From Candidatus Omnitrophota bacterium (GTDB lineage: Bacteria > Omnitrophota > Gorgyraeia > Gygaellales > Profunditerraquicolaceae): 64,000 bases of DNA. Location: contig JALOQK010000002.1 of NCBI GenBank assembly GCA_025453395.1, positions 346,509-410,508 of the forward strand, in the 5' to 3' direction. Shown one piece after another: positions 43,101 through 50,542 of the stretch. The notes under the pieces are model-generated. The model had not been told where the DNA came from. It saw only the letters and a program-made list of their open reading frames with translations, and searched no databases. The position numbers and the translations under genes are program-made. Positions within the stretch are counted from its first letter, which is position 1. Every line of letters begins with the position of its first letter.

Positions 43101-46100
43101 CAACGCCATTTGTGTCTTTGACAGTCTTTACCGCGCCAAAACGCGTGTCGTAGGTATATTCAATACTTTGATCCAAAGCATTGCTAACTTTGCTGGGGTA
43201 AGTGTAGAATTCGGTTTCATACTCGGTAATAACACTATTTCCTTTGGCGTTGGTTGTAGTAGTAAGATTACCGAACATATCATAGAAATATGTTGTGGAA
43301 GCTGTAGTTTGCGTGCTTGTGATAGGATTAGTGATGTATAATATTTCTTTAAATAGATTTCCCTTAATGTCATATTCAAAAGTTTTCCGGGAAACAGTAA
43401 TTAAATCTTTATCTTTGAGAATAGTTTCTGTAGGTCGGTTAAAACCCTGTCCGTTAGTGCCAACTGTGTAGGCTTGGGCGTAATTTGTAAGAATAGATTT
43501 TTCATCGCCAGTTTTATCTAAGTCGCCGTATTCTTGAGTCGTAATAACATTTCCAATATTGTCATAATCAAAGGTTTGCTTTGTAGAGAGGCTGGTAGTA
43601 TTTTCTTCCCAGACAGTAGTATTTTGTTCTTTAACATAGGGAAAGCCTAAGAGATTAGTGGATGAGCCGGATTTTTTTACTTCATAGGTATTGATGCTTT
43701 CGCTTATTTTGCAATTGTTTCCATCATAAGAGATGATTTTTTCTATCTGGCCCTTTAAAGCACCGTCCTGCTCTGGGGTTTTTCCTTGATAAAAGTAAGT
43801 TTCGCTATAATTCTTAGTTATGGGGTCTTTAACTGTAACTTTGGCAAAGCCGCGGAATTCGCGCTCTAAGGCGTCGTAATAACCTCCGGAAAAGATGAAG
43901 TTTTGAGTATAGGTTGCAGGTGACAGGCCAATAGTATTTATGGAAGATACGGAATTTGCCACATAGACCGGAAATGGCAGAACCGGATTGTCCCCGGTTG
44001 CGGCGTAGGTATACACGATTTTGGTCTTTCCGCCAATACCGTTATCAATGTCGGTTAAAAGATCTGCTGGCTTGTTGGTAGATAGTTTAGTGTTCCAGCG
44101 GTTAATACCTTGATCATCTCGGTCAAAGCAGGCGGCGTCAGTTACTCCATCGCCGTTAAAATCCCCAACGGTGGCGGATTCATCATTGGAAGAGCCGAAA
44201 GATTCCAGCCATTTATCAGCCTGAGGGATGAATTTGTTGCCAGTTGAGAGAGCGTAATACCAGTTACCGGATTTGTCCCAATAGCCAAGATCAGTTAGGC
44301 CGTCATTATTAAAATCAGCTGGAATGATATCTTGCTCTGAGGCAAAACCAGACGCCCAGTTAGTTTCATCTACAAAGGCGCTGGTATTAGAAAAGGCAAC
44401 CCGGACTTCCCCGCCTTGTTTCTTGAGTAATAAGATATCACTTAGGCCGTCGCCATTGAAGTCACCGGATGTGGCAGTGTAACCAGTGCCAAGAGTAGCC
44501 CAAGTAGCAAATTCTCCAAAGCCAGTTGCGCTTCCTAAGGCAACTTTTATTTCGCCTGTGTCTTTGTTATAGAGGGCAAAATCAGTGTATTTGTCAGCAT
44601 TAAAGTTTGAGGTTACCGGCTGCCAGGAGTAGCTAGCGAAAGGCACAGTTAATACTGTTGTGCCGGTTGTAAAGCTTGAGCCTGTGGAATAGGCGATTTT
44701 TAATTCACCGGTAGCATTATTGTAAACACCGATATCTGATTTGCCATCAGCATTAAAATCCCCGCCTATGGGCCACCAGTCGCGGGAATTACCAAAACCA
44801 GTTGTCCAATCCACCGCGTTTCTAAAAATTCCTTTATCGGACAGGCAGATTTCCCAAGTGCCGCTGTCGGAATTATGAAGGCCCAAATCAGTTAAGGCAT
44901 CGCCGTTAAAATCTCCCATGATCGGGTTAATCGCGTTTCTGTCGGCATTAGGATCAACAACATCTACACCTTGCTCTTTGGTTGTAGATAGGCCGTTTAT
45001 GTCAGTGACAATAACAGTTATTTTGTGGTCGCCGATATTGGTAAATGAGGTATTGGCAGTATGGGTATTGGTGATATTTCCGGATTCAAGTTCTGTAGTA
45101 TCTTTTTTGATTATATAGGTAAGCGTGTCATTGTCCGGGTCAGAGGCGGTAATATTTATGTCAAACTGCTCATTAGGGCTTACTGTGTATTTGGACAATT
45201 CTAATTTTACTTCTGGCGGGCCGTTTATGTTGTTGATGGTTACTTTGCAAGTGGTGCTTGTAGTGTCAATTCCGTCTGAAGCAGTGACGATGATATTGTA
45301 TGTGCCAGAACTTTTATAATCTGTTAACCAATAACCTTGAGTGTTAAAGGGCGAGGAAAAATAAAAGACTATTGGGTCGCTGTCAGCATCTGTGGCTTGC
45401 GGGTTAATTACCGCGGTTTGGCCTTCGTTTACGGTAATATCAGCTATTGGTGAAATTACCGGCGGATTATTGGAGTTTCCGATGTTGATGGTTATTTCAT
45501 CTGTGTCAGATAGGCCCGTGGGATCAGTTACGGTTACCTTTACTAAATAGTGGCCATTGGAATTAGCTCCTGTTTGCCAGGTGGCTTCAGAATACCAAAA
45601 CCCGTTTTCCTGCCAGCGGCGGGTTTCGGTGAAGAAGTTGTTGTAGGTAAAAACCAAATTCCCTGCGTCAGGGTCTTGGGCAGTAACAAAAAGCGTAATG
45701 GTGCCGCCTTCTTTGATTATTGAGGGAGTAACTGCCATATCAATGATGGCAGGTTTGTCTGGGCCAATTGGGTCTTCTACGCGAAGAGCAACCTTGTTGC
45801 TTTTGGTAGAATTGTATTCGCTGTCAGTGGCAGTGAAATAGACTTTCTCAAAACCGATGTAGCCTTCGGGCTGTTCAAAACTTACTATGTGGGTTGCAGG
45901 GTCTATGGAGATTTTTATATTAGAGTTTCCAGAGACGGTATAGGTTAAGCTGCTGCCGTCAGGACTGGAGAAATAATTGTCTAGATCAAATGCAGATTCT
46001 TTTTTGGTGTTTTTCTGCCAGGTTTGAAATGGGATTTTTTGGGTTAAGACAGGCGGATTGGATTGCAAGGTAGCCACAAAACCGCTTGTTAGAGTGAAGT

Positions 46101-46311
46101 TGGCGCTTGTTGATTTGCCTAAGATTGGCTCGCCGATAGTTGCCAAGGGAAGCTTGGTAGATATTGAAGATTGCGCTTGCCCTCCTTGAGCAATGCCAGA
46201 GGTAAGTTTGTAGCTTGCGCTTTGCGAGATAAATGCCAGCGCCTCTCTTCCCGGGCCAAAGGTGGCTAGGTGAAGAAAAATTAGAGTTAGCGAGAGGATT
46301 CTTTTAAGCAT
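40138..46311 (-). CDS. Sec-signal Rhs/YD-repeat polymorphic toxin with Ig/cadherin-like domains, an FG-GAP/VCBS beta-propeller region, a YD shell, an Rhs core (PxxxxDPxGH) and an unrecognised 286-aa C-terminal domain
   Basis: The signal peptide is MLKRILSLTLIFLHLATFGPGREALA. GDFNGDGxxD-type repeats occur at least 5 times, and YD-repeat pairs at least 30 times. The Rhs core reads YYDPEIGRFITTDT...NPLNYVDPTGH. The C-terminal domain is rich in Gly/Ala/Ser and hydrophobic residues (AGTVGASAAGASGILGTGEG). Confidence 0.85.
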   Translation of the reverse strand: MLKRILSLTLIFLHLATFGPGREALAFISQSASYKLTSGIAQGGQAQSSISTKLPLATIGEPILGKSTSANFTLTSGFVATLQSNPPVLTQKIPFQTWQKNTKKESAFDLDNYFSSPDGSSLTYTVSGNSNIKISIDPATHIVSFEQPEGYIGFEKVYFTATDSEYNSTKSNKVALRVEDPIGPDKPAIIDMAVTPSIIKEGGTITLFVTAQDPDAGNLVFTYNNFFTETRRWQENGFWYSEATWQTGANSNGHYLVKVTVTDPTGLSDTDEITINIGNSNNPPVISPIADITVNEGQTAVINPQATDADSDPIVFYFSSPFNTQGYWLTDYKSSGTYNIIVTASDGIDTTSTTCKVTINNINGPPEVKLELSKYTVSPNEQFDINITASDPDNDTLTYIIKKDTTELESGNITNTHTANTSFTNIGDHKITVIVTDINGLSTTKEQGVDVVDPNADRNAINPIMGDFNGDALTDLGLHNSDSGTWEICLSDKGIFRNAVDWTTGFGNSRDWWPIGGDFNADGKSDIGVYNNATGELKIAYSTGSSFTTGTTVLTVPFASYSWQPVTSNFNADKYTDFALYNKDTGEIKVALGSATGFGEFATWATLGTGYTATSGDFNGDGLSDILLLKKQGGEVRVAFSNTSAFVDETNWASGFASEQDIIPADFNNDGLTDLGYWDKSGNWYYALSTGNKFIPQADKWLESFGSSNDESATVGDFNGDGVTDAACFDRDDQGINRWNTKLSTNKPADLLTDIDNGIGGKTKIVYTYAATGDNPVLPFPVYVANSVSSINTIGLSPATYTQNFIFSGGYYDALEREFRGFAKVTVKDPITKNYSETYFYQGKTPEQDGALKGQIEKIISYDGNNCKISESINTYEVKKSGSSTNLLGFPYVKEQNTTVWEENTTSLSTKQTFDYDNIGNVITTQEYGDLDKTGDEKSILTNYAQAYTVGTNGQGFNRPTETILKDKDLITVSRKTFEYDIKGNLFKEILYITNPITSTQTTASTTYFYDMFGNLTTTTNAKGNSVITEYETEFYTYPSKVSNALDQSIEYTYDTRFGAVKTVKDTNGVVTRTSYDSLGRVEYVKNAKDEITTSYSYPDFNTKITTKPGGFYSKEYIDGLGRKYKTVSQGEDGTGPREVTSEVYFNNRGLNEKESLAHYIDESEDNISYIVYEYDIRGRVKKTISDFPGTLKDAEASVSYITPVYTETTDPRGKRKGTLKDINGNPIEITEFTSDGIFKTKYDYDIQNNLIKTTDHYGNITQIFYDSSGKKLKMIDPDMGTWSYEYDELGNLVKQTDAKNQVITFEYDVLNRLVNKQMSDVGGQKSEVSYIYDDTSKPNCIGRLSKVNDGYSKTEFFYDILGRETKSTKTINDTDSFSYTVEREYDILDRLTKLTYPDGEVVNYAYDTNSGLLEKVYNNTNTYVKDITYNAKGQIKNISYGNNTKTEYTYGQDLRLSRIQTTEVRGQTNLQDLNYDFDSNGNITTLTDNLTSNIRQYDYDDLDRLIQARNTPSPQGGYTDFYFRYDAIGNMTYKSDIGEMRYESSRPHAVTSANGYSYDYDANGNMISHKGRRLIYDLENRLTHVVNGPWTEDYMYDGDGGRVRKSTYDNTGKADLTTYIGSLYEVRSTTDSPKAIVKHIFAGANRVCTVTKNEGGGTKDVSFYHSDHLGSSNVITDANGNLAEHYEYMPYGQVASSIVSRPSSLVTHKFTGKELDASGLYFYGARYYDPEIGRFITTDTIVQAPYDPQSLNRYSYCRNNPLNYVDPTGHSWFSKFWKAIFQPVISFIAAVVTVFFMPSFAPLIAQYGFMNVAGTVGASAAGASGILGTGEGRKFTKWLGKEVFDDILGMPPGVANFFSSLVSHTVLASGIFMGLSSITMPANTSGPNYTKPENQGGEFADLGKDIKLGRGGSSANYLKSTVEDGSSLTAKFDYTQQGLVASDIAFKGTPGVEQVMSALNIRHTAALVNFNGKLWDSAVNTSLISPLKGAIYAMPWTATCHQATFNSLMAGGMSAAGAFGATLSQGTSSYVISTSIYGINGGFGMSGIANAEVDKK
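41906..41933. repeat. heptamer array (TCTGNCN x3.5) inside rhs coding sequence
   Basis: The array reads tctgtcc tctgact tctgtcg tctgg. It contains the 12-mer ctgacttctgtc. Confidence 0.8.
42327..42360. repeat. heptamer array (TCTGNCN x4.5) inside rhs coding sequence
   Basis: The array reads cttc tgacttc tgtcctc cgacatc tgacatc tg. It contains the same 12-mer ctgacttctgtc. Confidence 0.8.
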
Positions 46312-46319
46312 AATTATTG

Positions 46320-47126
46320 TTATTCAAGGGCTAACATTATTATTCTTGCGTAACAATTATTCCCAGTGATTTCATTACCGGCTGCGTTTAATACGTTAAC
46401 CATTATTCCATGTATCCCGGTTCTAATGGATATAGTAGTATTAGTTAGCCCGCACATTACAATTCCTCTTTGCAGATCAAAACCAAACAACTGCCTTTCT
46501 GTTGTGCACCATCCACTACCGTCAGAATTTTGGGCTATATATATCTGGATGATAACTTTGGTTGTCCCTAAGTTATGAGTTCTATCATATTTTGTTCCAG
46601 TAGTAACAGCAAACCAACCGCTATCGTAAGTTTTTAAACCTATTACCGATTGAGGAATTTTTCCATTGTTATCCAGAGGTAATATTTTATTTGCGACTGG
46701 CGCTGTACTTACGCCTACATTCCCCACTGTATTTGCGTCTTCTGCCTTTTCCGCTCTTATTGCATACCCAGCACTAGCAATTCTCTGTCTTGGATTCATT
46801 ACTTCATTTCCCACTTTAATTTCTAAGAAATATGGCTTGTCAAAAGCAAGTCCAAGGTTAGTCACTGATCCAAGAAGAATATTAAAGATTCCTTTCTGAA
46901 CTAATACTCCGGCTTGGGTTTCCTCCCAGAGTAGATTTCCGGCAGTTTCCGCGTCGTAAATACGAAAGGTAATCGCGTAGGAGCCGTTTAACGGCGCGCC
47001 GCTTGGGTCGGTGAGCCGGCCTTGGTAATTTAAGAGATGAGGAACAGCTGCGTAGGTTAAAGGACAGATGACAGAAGACAGAAGACAGAAGACAGAAAAA
47101 ACAAAGCATCGAGTTCTAATTTTCAT
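46320..47126 (-). CDS. secreted tail-fibre-like protein (N-terminal HLLNYQGRLTD...LWEETQ domain)
   Basis: After a signal peptide comes AVPHLLNYQGRLTDPSGAPLNGSYAITFRIYDAETAGNLLWEETQ. From memory this motif marks phage-tail-fibre-like proteins in metagenomes. The gene ends 8 nt before the rhs start. Confidence 0.4.
   Translation of the reverse strand: MKIRTRCFVFSVFCLLSSVICPLTYAAVPHLLNYQGRLTDPSGAPLNGSYAITFRIYDAETAGNLLWEETQAGVLVQKGIFNILLGSVTNLGLAFDKPYFLEIKVGNEVMNPRQRIASAGYAIRAEKAEDANTVGNVGVSTAPVANKILPLDNNGKIPQSVIGLKTYDSGWFAVTTGTKYDRTHNLGTTKVIIQIYIAQNSDGSGWCTTERQLFGFDLQRGIVMCGLTNTTISIRTGIHGIMVNVLNAAGNEITGNNCYARIIMLALE
47044..47078. repeat. heptamer tandem array (GACAGAW)x5
   Basis: The array reads gacagat gacagaa gacagaa gacagaa gacagaa. 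It encodes the hydrophobic core (FCLLSSVICPL) of the tail-fibre-like protein's signal peptide. Confidence 0.9.
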
Positions 47127-47508
47127 TTAAGACCTCCTTAGTTTTCCAATTAGTCATTAATTTATACAACATAGCGTTGAGCTGGTCATACTGAATATTC
47201 AAATTATCGTGATCTTCTTTTGAAATATACTGGCAATCTAAAGAAAAATCTAACCAGCCTCGCGTTTCTTCGCTTGATCCAAGTGCGTCATTGAGGTGCC
47301 TAATAAACAATTGTTCGTACCTTCTTTTGGCAAATCCTTCTCTAATATTTATAGCCACCGATCGAGAAGATCTTCGTATCTGATCAGTCAATGAATAAGT
47401 TTCTTCCTTACGAAATTTCTTGGTTAATTCAAATATTTCCATGGCCAATTTGTAAGACATTTGGTAAACCTTTAAATCCAGTGCCTTTTTAATCCCTTGA
47501 TTATCCAT
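47116..47508 (-). CDS. four-helix-bundle protein (TIGR02436 family, the type originally found in 23S rRNA intervening sequences)
   Basis: QIRRSSRSVAINIREG corresponds to the family motif QxxRSxxSxxxNIAEG. The protein is 130 aa and all-helical. Confidence 0.65.
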   Translation of the reverse strand: MDNQGIKKALDLKVYQMSYKLAMEIFELTKKFRKEETYSLTDQIRRSSRSVAINIREGFAKRRYEQLFIRHLNDALGSSEETRGWLDFSLDCQYISKEDHDNLNIQYDQLNAMLYKLMTNWKTKEVLNEN

Positions 47509-47522
47509 GTCTTCTTTTTATT

Positions 47523-47553
47523 TCTGTCTTCCGTCTTCTGACTTCTGTCTACT
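47523..47553. repeat. heptamer array (TCTGTCT-like x4), in inverted orientation relative to 47044-47078
   Basis: The array reads tctgtct tccgtct tctgact tctgtct act. It spans the stop codon of the upstream gene and contains the 12-mer ctgacttctgtc. Confidence 0.85.
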
Positions 47554-49747
47554 TCCCCGCCTGATACCCAAACTTCTGCTCCGGCAACGCTTTCCCATCC
47601 GCAGCAACCTGCTTGATTGACTTTAACAGCGAGCGGTTGGTATCTGGGCTGTAGGCGTATTCCAATTCGTAGCGCCAGACTAAGTCTCCTTTAATTTTAA
47701 CTAGTATTTCTTTTAAGCGCTTAGCTGTGGCAATCTTAGCGCTTGAGATATAACTTGAAGGAATGTCAGTCCTATCTTCTAATGTAAATTCTACAGTGTT
47801 TGTGGGAGAAATCCCTGATGTGTGTCCGGTGTAATTTATAAGGCTAAGATAAGACTTACCCTGGTCTTTGGTATAGGAATAGGTAAGGTAATTTCCGTTT
47901 ATATCCATGGCCTTGGTAATATACCAGCTAAATGTTCCCTTACTAGAGCCTTCTTTGGATTCAGAACTTTGGCCTAAGTAAATTACGCTTCCGTCTTTGC
48001 CTAAGATGCGCCAAGAGTCATCAGATTCTTTAAAGAATTTGTTAAAGCCGGATTCTATCTTTGCCTGATAGAGGTTGTCAATTAAATGCACCAATTCTGT
48101 TGTTCCGGCATCAGTTATAAAATAAAAGGTATCTTGGGTATCAATGTAGGATGGCGGCCCAAGCCGCGTTGAGCGGGTGATGTAGCCGGGATTAAGGCTA
48201 AATCCAACTCCAGTCCAGGAATTGGGGTTTGAAGAGCGGTAACTTAATCCTAACGCAGGTTGGATCCCTTTTCTTCCCGAGGGTACAGTTATGGGAATGG
48301 CGTGTCCAAAAGCTCCGGTAAACAGATCCGGCAAAGGAATTCTCACTGCTGAACCAATAGGAGTATTTTGGGGAGCTAAACTTTTTAACGCGGCATAAGT
48401 TGAGAAGTGTTGCAGCAGGAATTTAACTGTGTACCCGTCAGCATTAACTTGGGAGATTTGCCCGGTGGGGATAATTTTTAATTGGTTTGCGTCATAAAGC
48501 CCAAGCTCGGTTTCAGTGCCCGGGACTTCTGCTTTGGGTAAGGTGTAGATTAATTGCACAGGCTTACTGAATACCAAGCCATAAGGCAAGCATTCTGCCG
48601 CGCTTAAGAGCCCGGTTCCTTCTGGGGCAGAGCCGGAAAGAGTTGTTTTTTGATTCTCTAATGAGATGAAAGCGCTATAAGTTAACGCGCCAGAGGGGAT
48701 GATTAATTTTATTTTCCCGTCAGAGGATGTTACTTCTCCTCCGGCTTGTCCGATAGTTTCTCCGGAGTCAGTAACTTTCCACCATCCTCTTTGCAGTAAC
48801 GCGCTTGATGCAGAAAGATCATCAGTAGATGATACATAGAGTTTTTTATTACCCACAGCCTGGTCTTTATAGGTTATTTGCCAGCGGATAAAGATACTTG
48901 TTCCGGAGCCGGTTACGGTAGTTTTTGCGCAATTCAGGCTAACAAAAGAGTTCTGGATTATTGCTTCTGCCCCTGGGATAACACCGCCCAACCATGCGGA
49001 ATTTGTATCATTGCGCAGGTAAATACGGTTGGTGTTTTGGTTGTAATAAAAATAGCCGATATAGGCATTAGTTGTGGCGTCTAAGATTAAAAGGCATGCG
49101 TTGTTTAAATTCTGCCAGCCGTCGGGATCAGAATATATTGTTAGGTATGTTACAGGAACATTGATTTTGTTCATTCCGGATGCCGCAGCTATAAGGCCTG
49201 TTAGGGGCTGGGAATTTATCTGGATATTCGGGCATGGGGCCCATGATACAGTTGGACTTGAGGTTAATTTCTTGGATATCATGGCTAGGTATCGTTTTCC
49301 TGAGAAGGAAAGCTTGAAATTCAGGCACCAGCTGACACTAAGAGTGCTGCTAGCTTTGATCACGCGGGTTAAGGCGCAGTTAAGGCGGACTTGTGAATTT
49401 TCAATTATATTATTTGAGCCTGGCGTAAAGCCGCCTAACCATTGGGTGTCGGAATCGTTGCGCAGGTAAAGCTTGTTTGTGCTTTGATGATAATAAACAT
49501 AAACTGAATTATTTCTTATGGTAGAACTGCTACCGATAAAAAGTCCTGCTTCTTGTATGCTTGCGTATGTTCCGGTTGGGGCGGTATAGTTATAGGAAAT
49601 ATTGCGGTCGGTGTTAGGGGGAATAGATAATATTGTAGAAGGGCTAACTACTATGGGGGATGAAATTATTAAAGCGTAACAATGTGGAAAGCTAAGAAAG
49701 AATGCTATTAAGTATAGAACAAAAAACTTTTTTATAGCTTCTACCAT
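47549..49747 (-). CDS. secreted protein with two internal repeats of about 110 aa and a C-terminal SpvB/TcaC-N-terminal-like domain
   Basis: The C-terminal third, GHAIPITVPSGRKGIQPALGLSYRSSNPNSWTGVGFSLNPGYITRST...FSWYITKAMDINGN, resembles the N-terminal domain of Tc-toxin B subunits and Rhs proteins. I placed the start at MVEAIKKFFVLYLIAFFLS, which looks like a signal peptide. Confidence 0.5.
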   Translation of the reverse strand: MVEAIKKFFVLYLIAFFLSFPHCYALIISSPIVVSPSTILSIPPNTDRNISYNYTAPTGTYASIQEAGLFIGSSSTIRNNSVYVYYHQSTNKLYLRNDSDTQWLGGFTPGSNNIIENSQVRLNCALTRVIKASSTLSVSWCLNFKLSFSGKRYLAMISKKLTSSPTVSWAPCPNIQINSQPLTGLIAAASGMNKINVPVTYLTIYSDPDGWQNLNNACLLILDATTNAYIGYFYYNQNTNRIYLRNDTNSAWLGGVIPGAEAIIQNSFVSLNCAKTTVTGSGTSIFIRWQITYKDQAVGNKKLYVSSTDDLSASSALLQRGWWKVTDSGETIGQAGGEVTSSDGKIKLIIPSGALTYSAFISLENQKTTLSGSAPEGTGLLSAAECLPYGLVFSKPVQLIYTLPKAEVPGTETELGLYDANQLKIIPTGQISQVNADGYTVKFLLQHFSTYAALKSLAPQNTPIGSAVRIPLPDLFTGAFGHAIPITVPSGRKGIQPALGLSYRSSNPNSWTGVGFSLNPGYITRSTRLGPPSYIDTQDTFYFITDAGTTELVHLIDNLYQAKIESGFNKFFKESDDSWRILGKDGSVIYLGQSSESKEGSSKGTFSWYITKAMDINGNYLTYSYTKDQGKSYLSLINYTGHTSGISPTNTVEFTLEDRTDIPSSYISSAKIATAKRLKEILVKIKGDLVWRYELEYAYSPDTNRSLLKSIKQVAADGKALPEQKFGYQAGK

Positions 49748-49820
49748 GCCCTTCCCTTCTTGTACTCCGTGGCAGATAAGGGAGTATAGCATATACAAAG
49801 CACGAAATCCAAGTTTTTAA

Positions 49821-50525
49821 TTATTTTCTATCACCTAACAATCTCAACACTTGAACCAAATAGTCAAAAATAGCGCCTATGCCAAGTTTACTTTTCCCCT
49901 TGATACGATTAACAAAAATATAGGGAATTTCTTTATAGCTTTGATATTTAGCTTTAGCAAACACCTCTAAGCCTATTTTAAACCCTCTGGGAGTAAGAAT
50001 AACGCCATTCAAGGATTCTTTCTTGATACAGAAAAACCCGGAAGTATTATCTCGTATAGGGCAAACTAGATTTCCAATAAAACAGGCAAAACGCGATACA
50101 AGCTTGCGACTTAATGGGAAACCACTTGAACCTGCGTGCGCTACATATCTACTTGCCACTATCAAATCGTGCCCTTGATTTATGGCCTTTATCATTTCAG
50201 GAATAAGTTCGGGGGGATGACTGCCATCAGCATCCATTACAACGACAAGATCATTGCTACTTTGGTTTATCCCATCAAGAACTGATAAGGAAAGGCTGCG
50301 GACAGCTTTCCTTCTAATCACCCTGCCGCAATTACCAAGCGCGTTTTCAGCGATATCCGCGGTTTTATCCGAAGAATTATCGTCAACCATAAGAATTTCA
50401 AAGTCATATTGGTCTTGGGGAAGGGCGGATTTAATGCGGGACAAAATATCTTGCATGTTTTCCGACTCGTTATAGGTAGGGATAATAATTGAAAAGGAGT
50501 TTTCTGCTAACTTTACATTCTGCAC
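49821..50525 (-). CDS. GT2 polyprenyl-phosphate sugar synthase-like (Dpm1/ArnC-like, 234 aa)
   Basis: FSIIIPTYNESENM...MVDDNSSDKT...VMDADGSHPP matches the family. Confidence 0.8.
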   Translation of the reverse strand: MQNVKLAENSFSIIIPTYNESENMQDILSRIKSALPQDQYDFEILMVDDNSSDKTADIAENALGNCGRVIRRKAVRSLSLSVLDGINQSSNDLVVVMDADGSHPPELIPEMIKAINQGHDLIVASRYVAHAGSSGFPLSRKLVSRFACFIGNLVCPIRDNTSGFFCIKKESLNGVILTPRGFKIGLEVFAKAKYQSYKEIPYIFVNRIKGKSKLGIGAIFDYLVQVLRLLGDRK

Positions 50526-50542
50526 TTTTTACCTTTAGTTTT

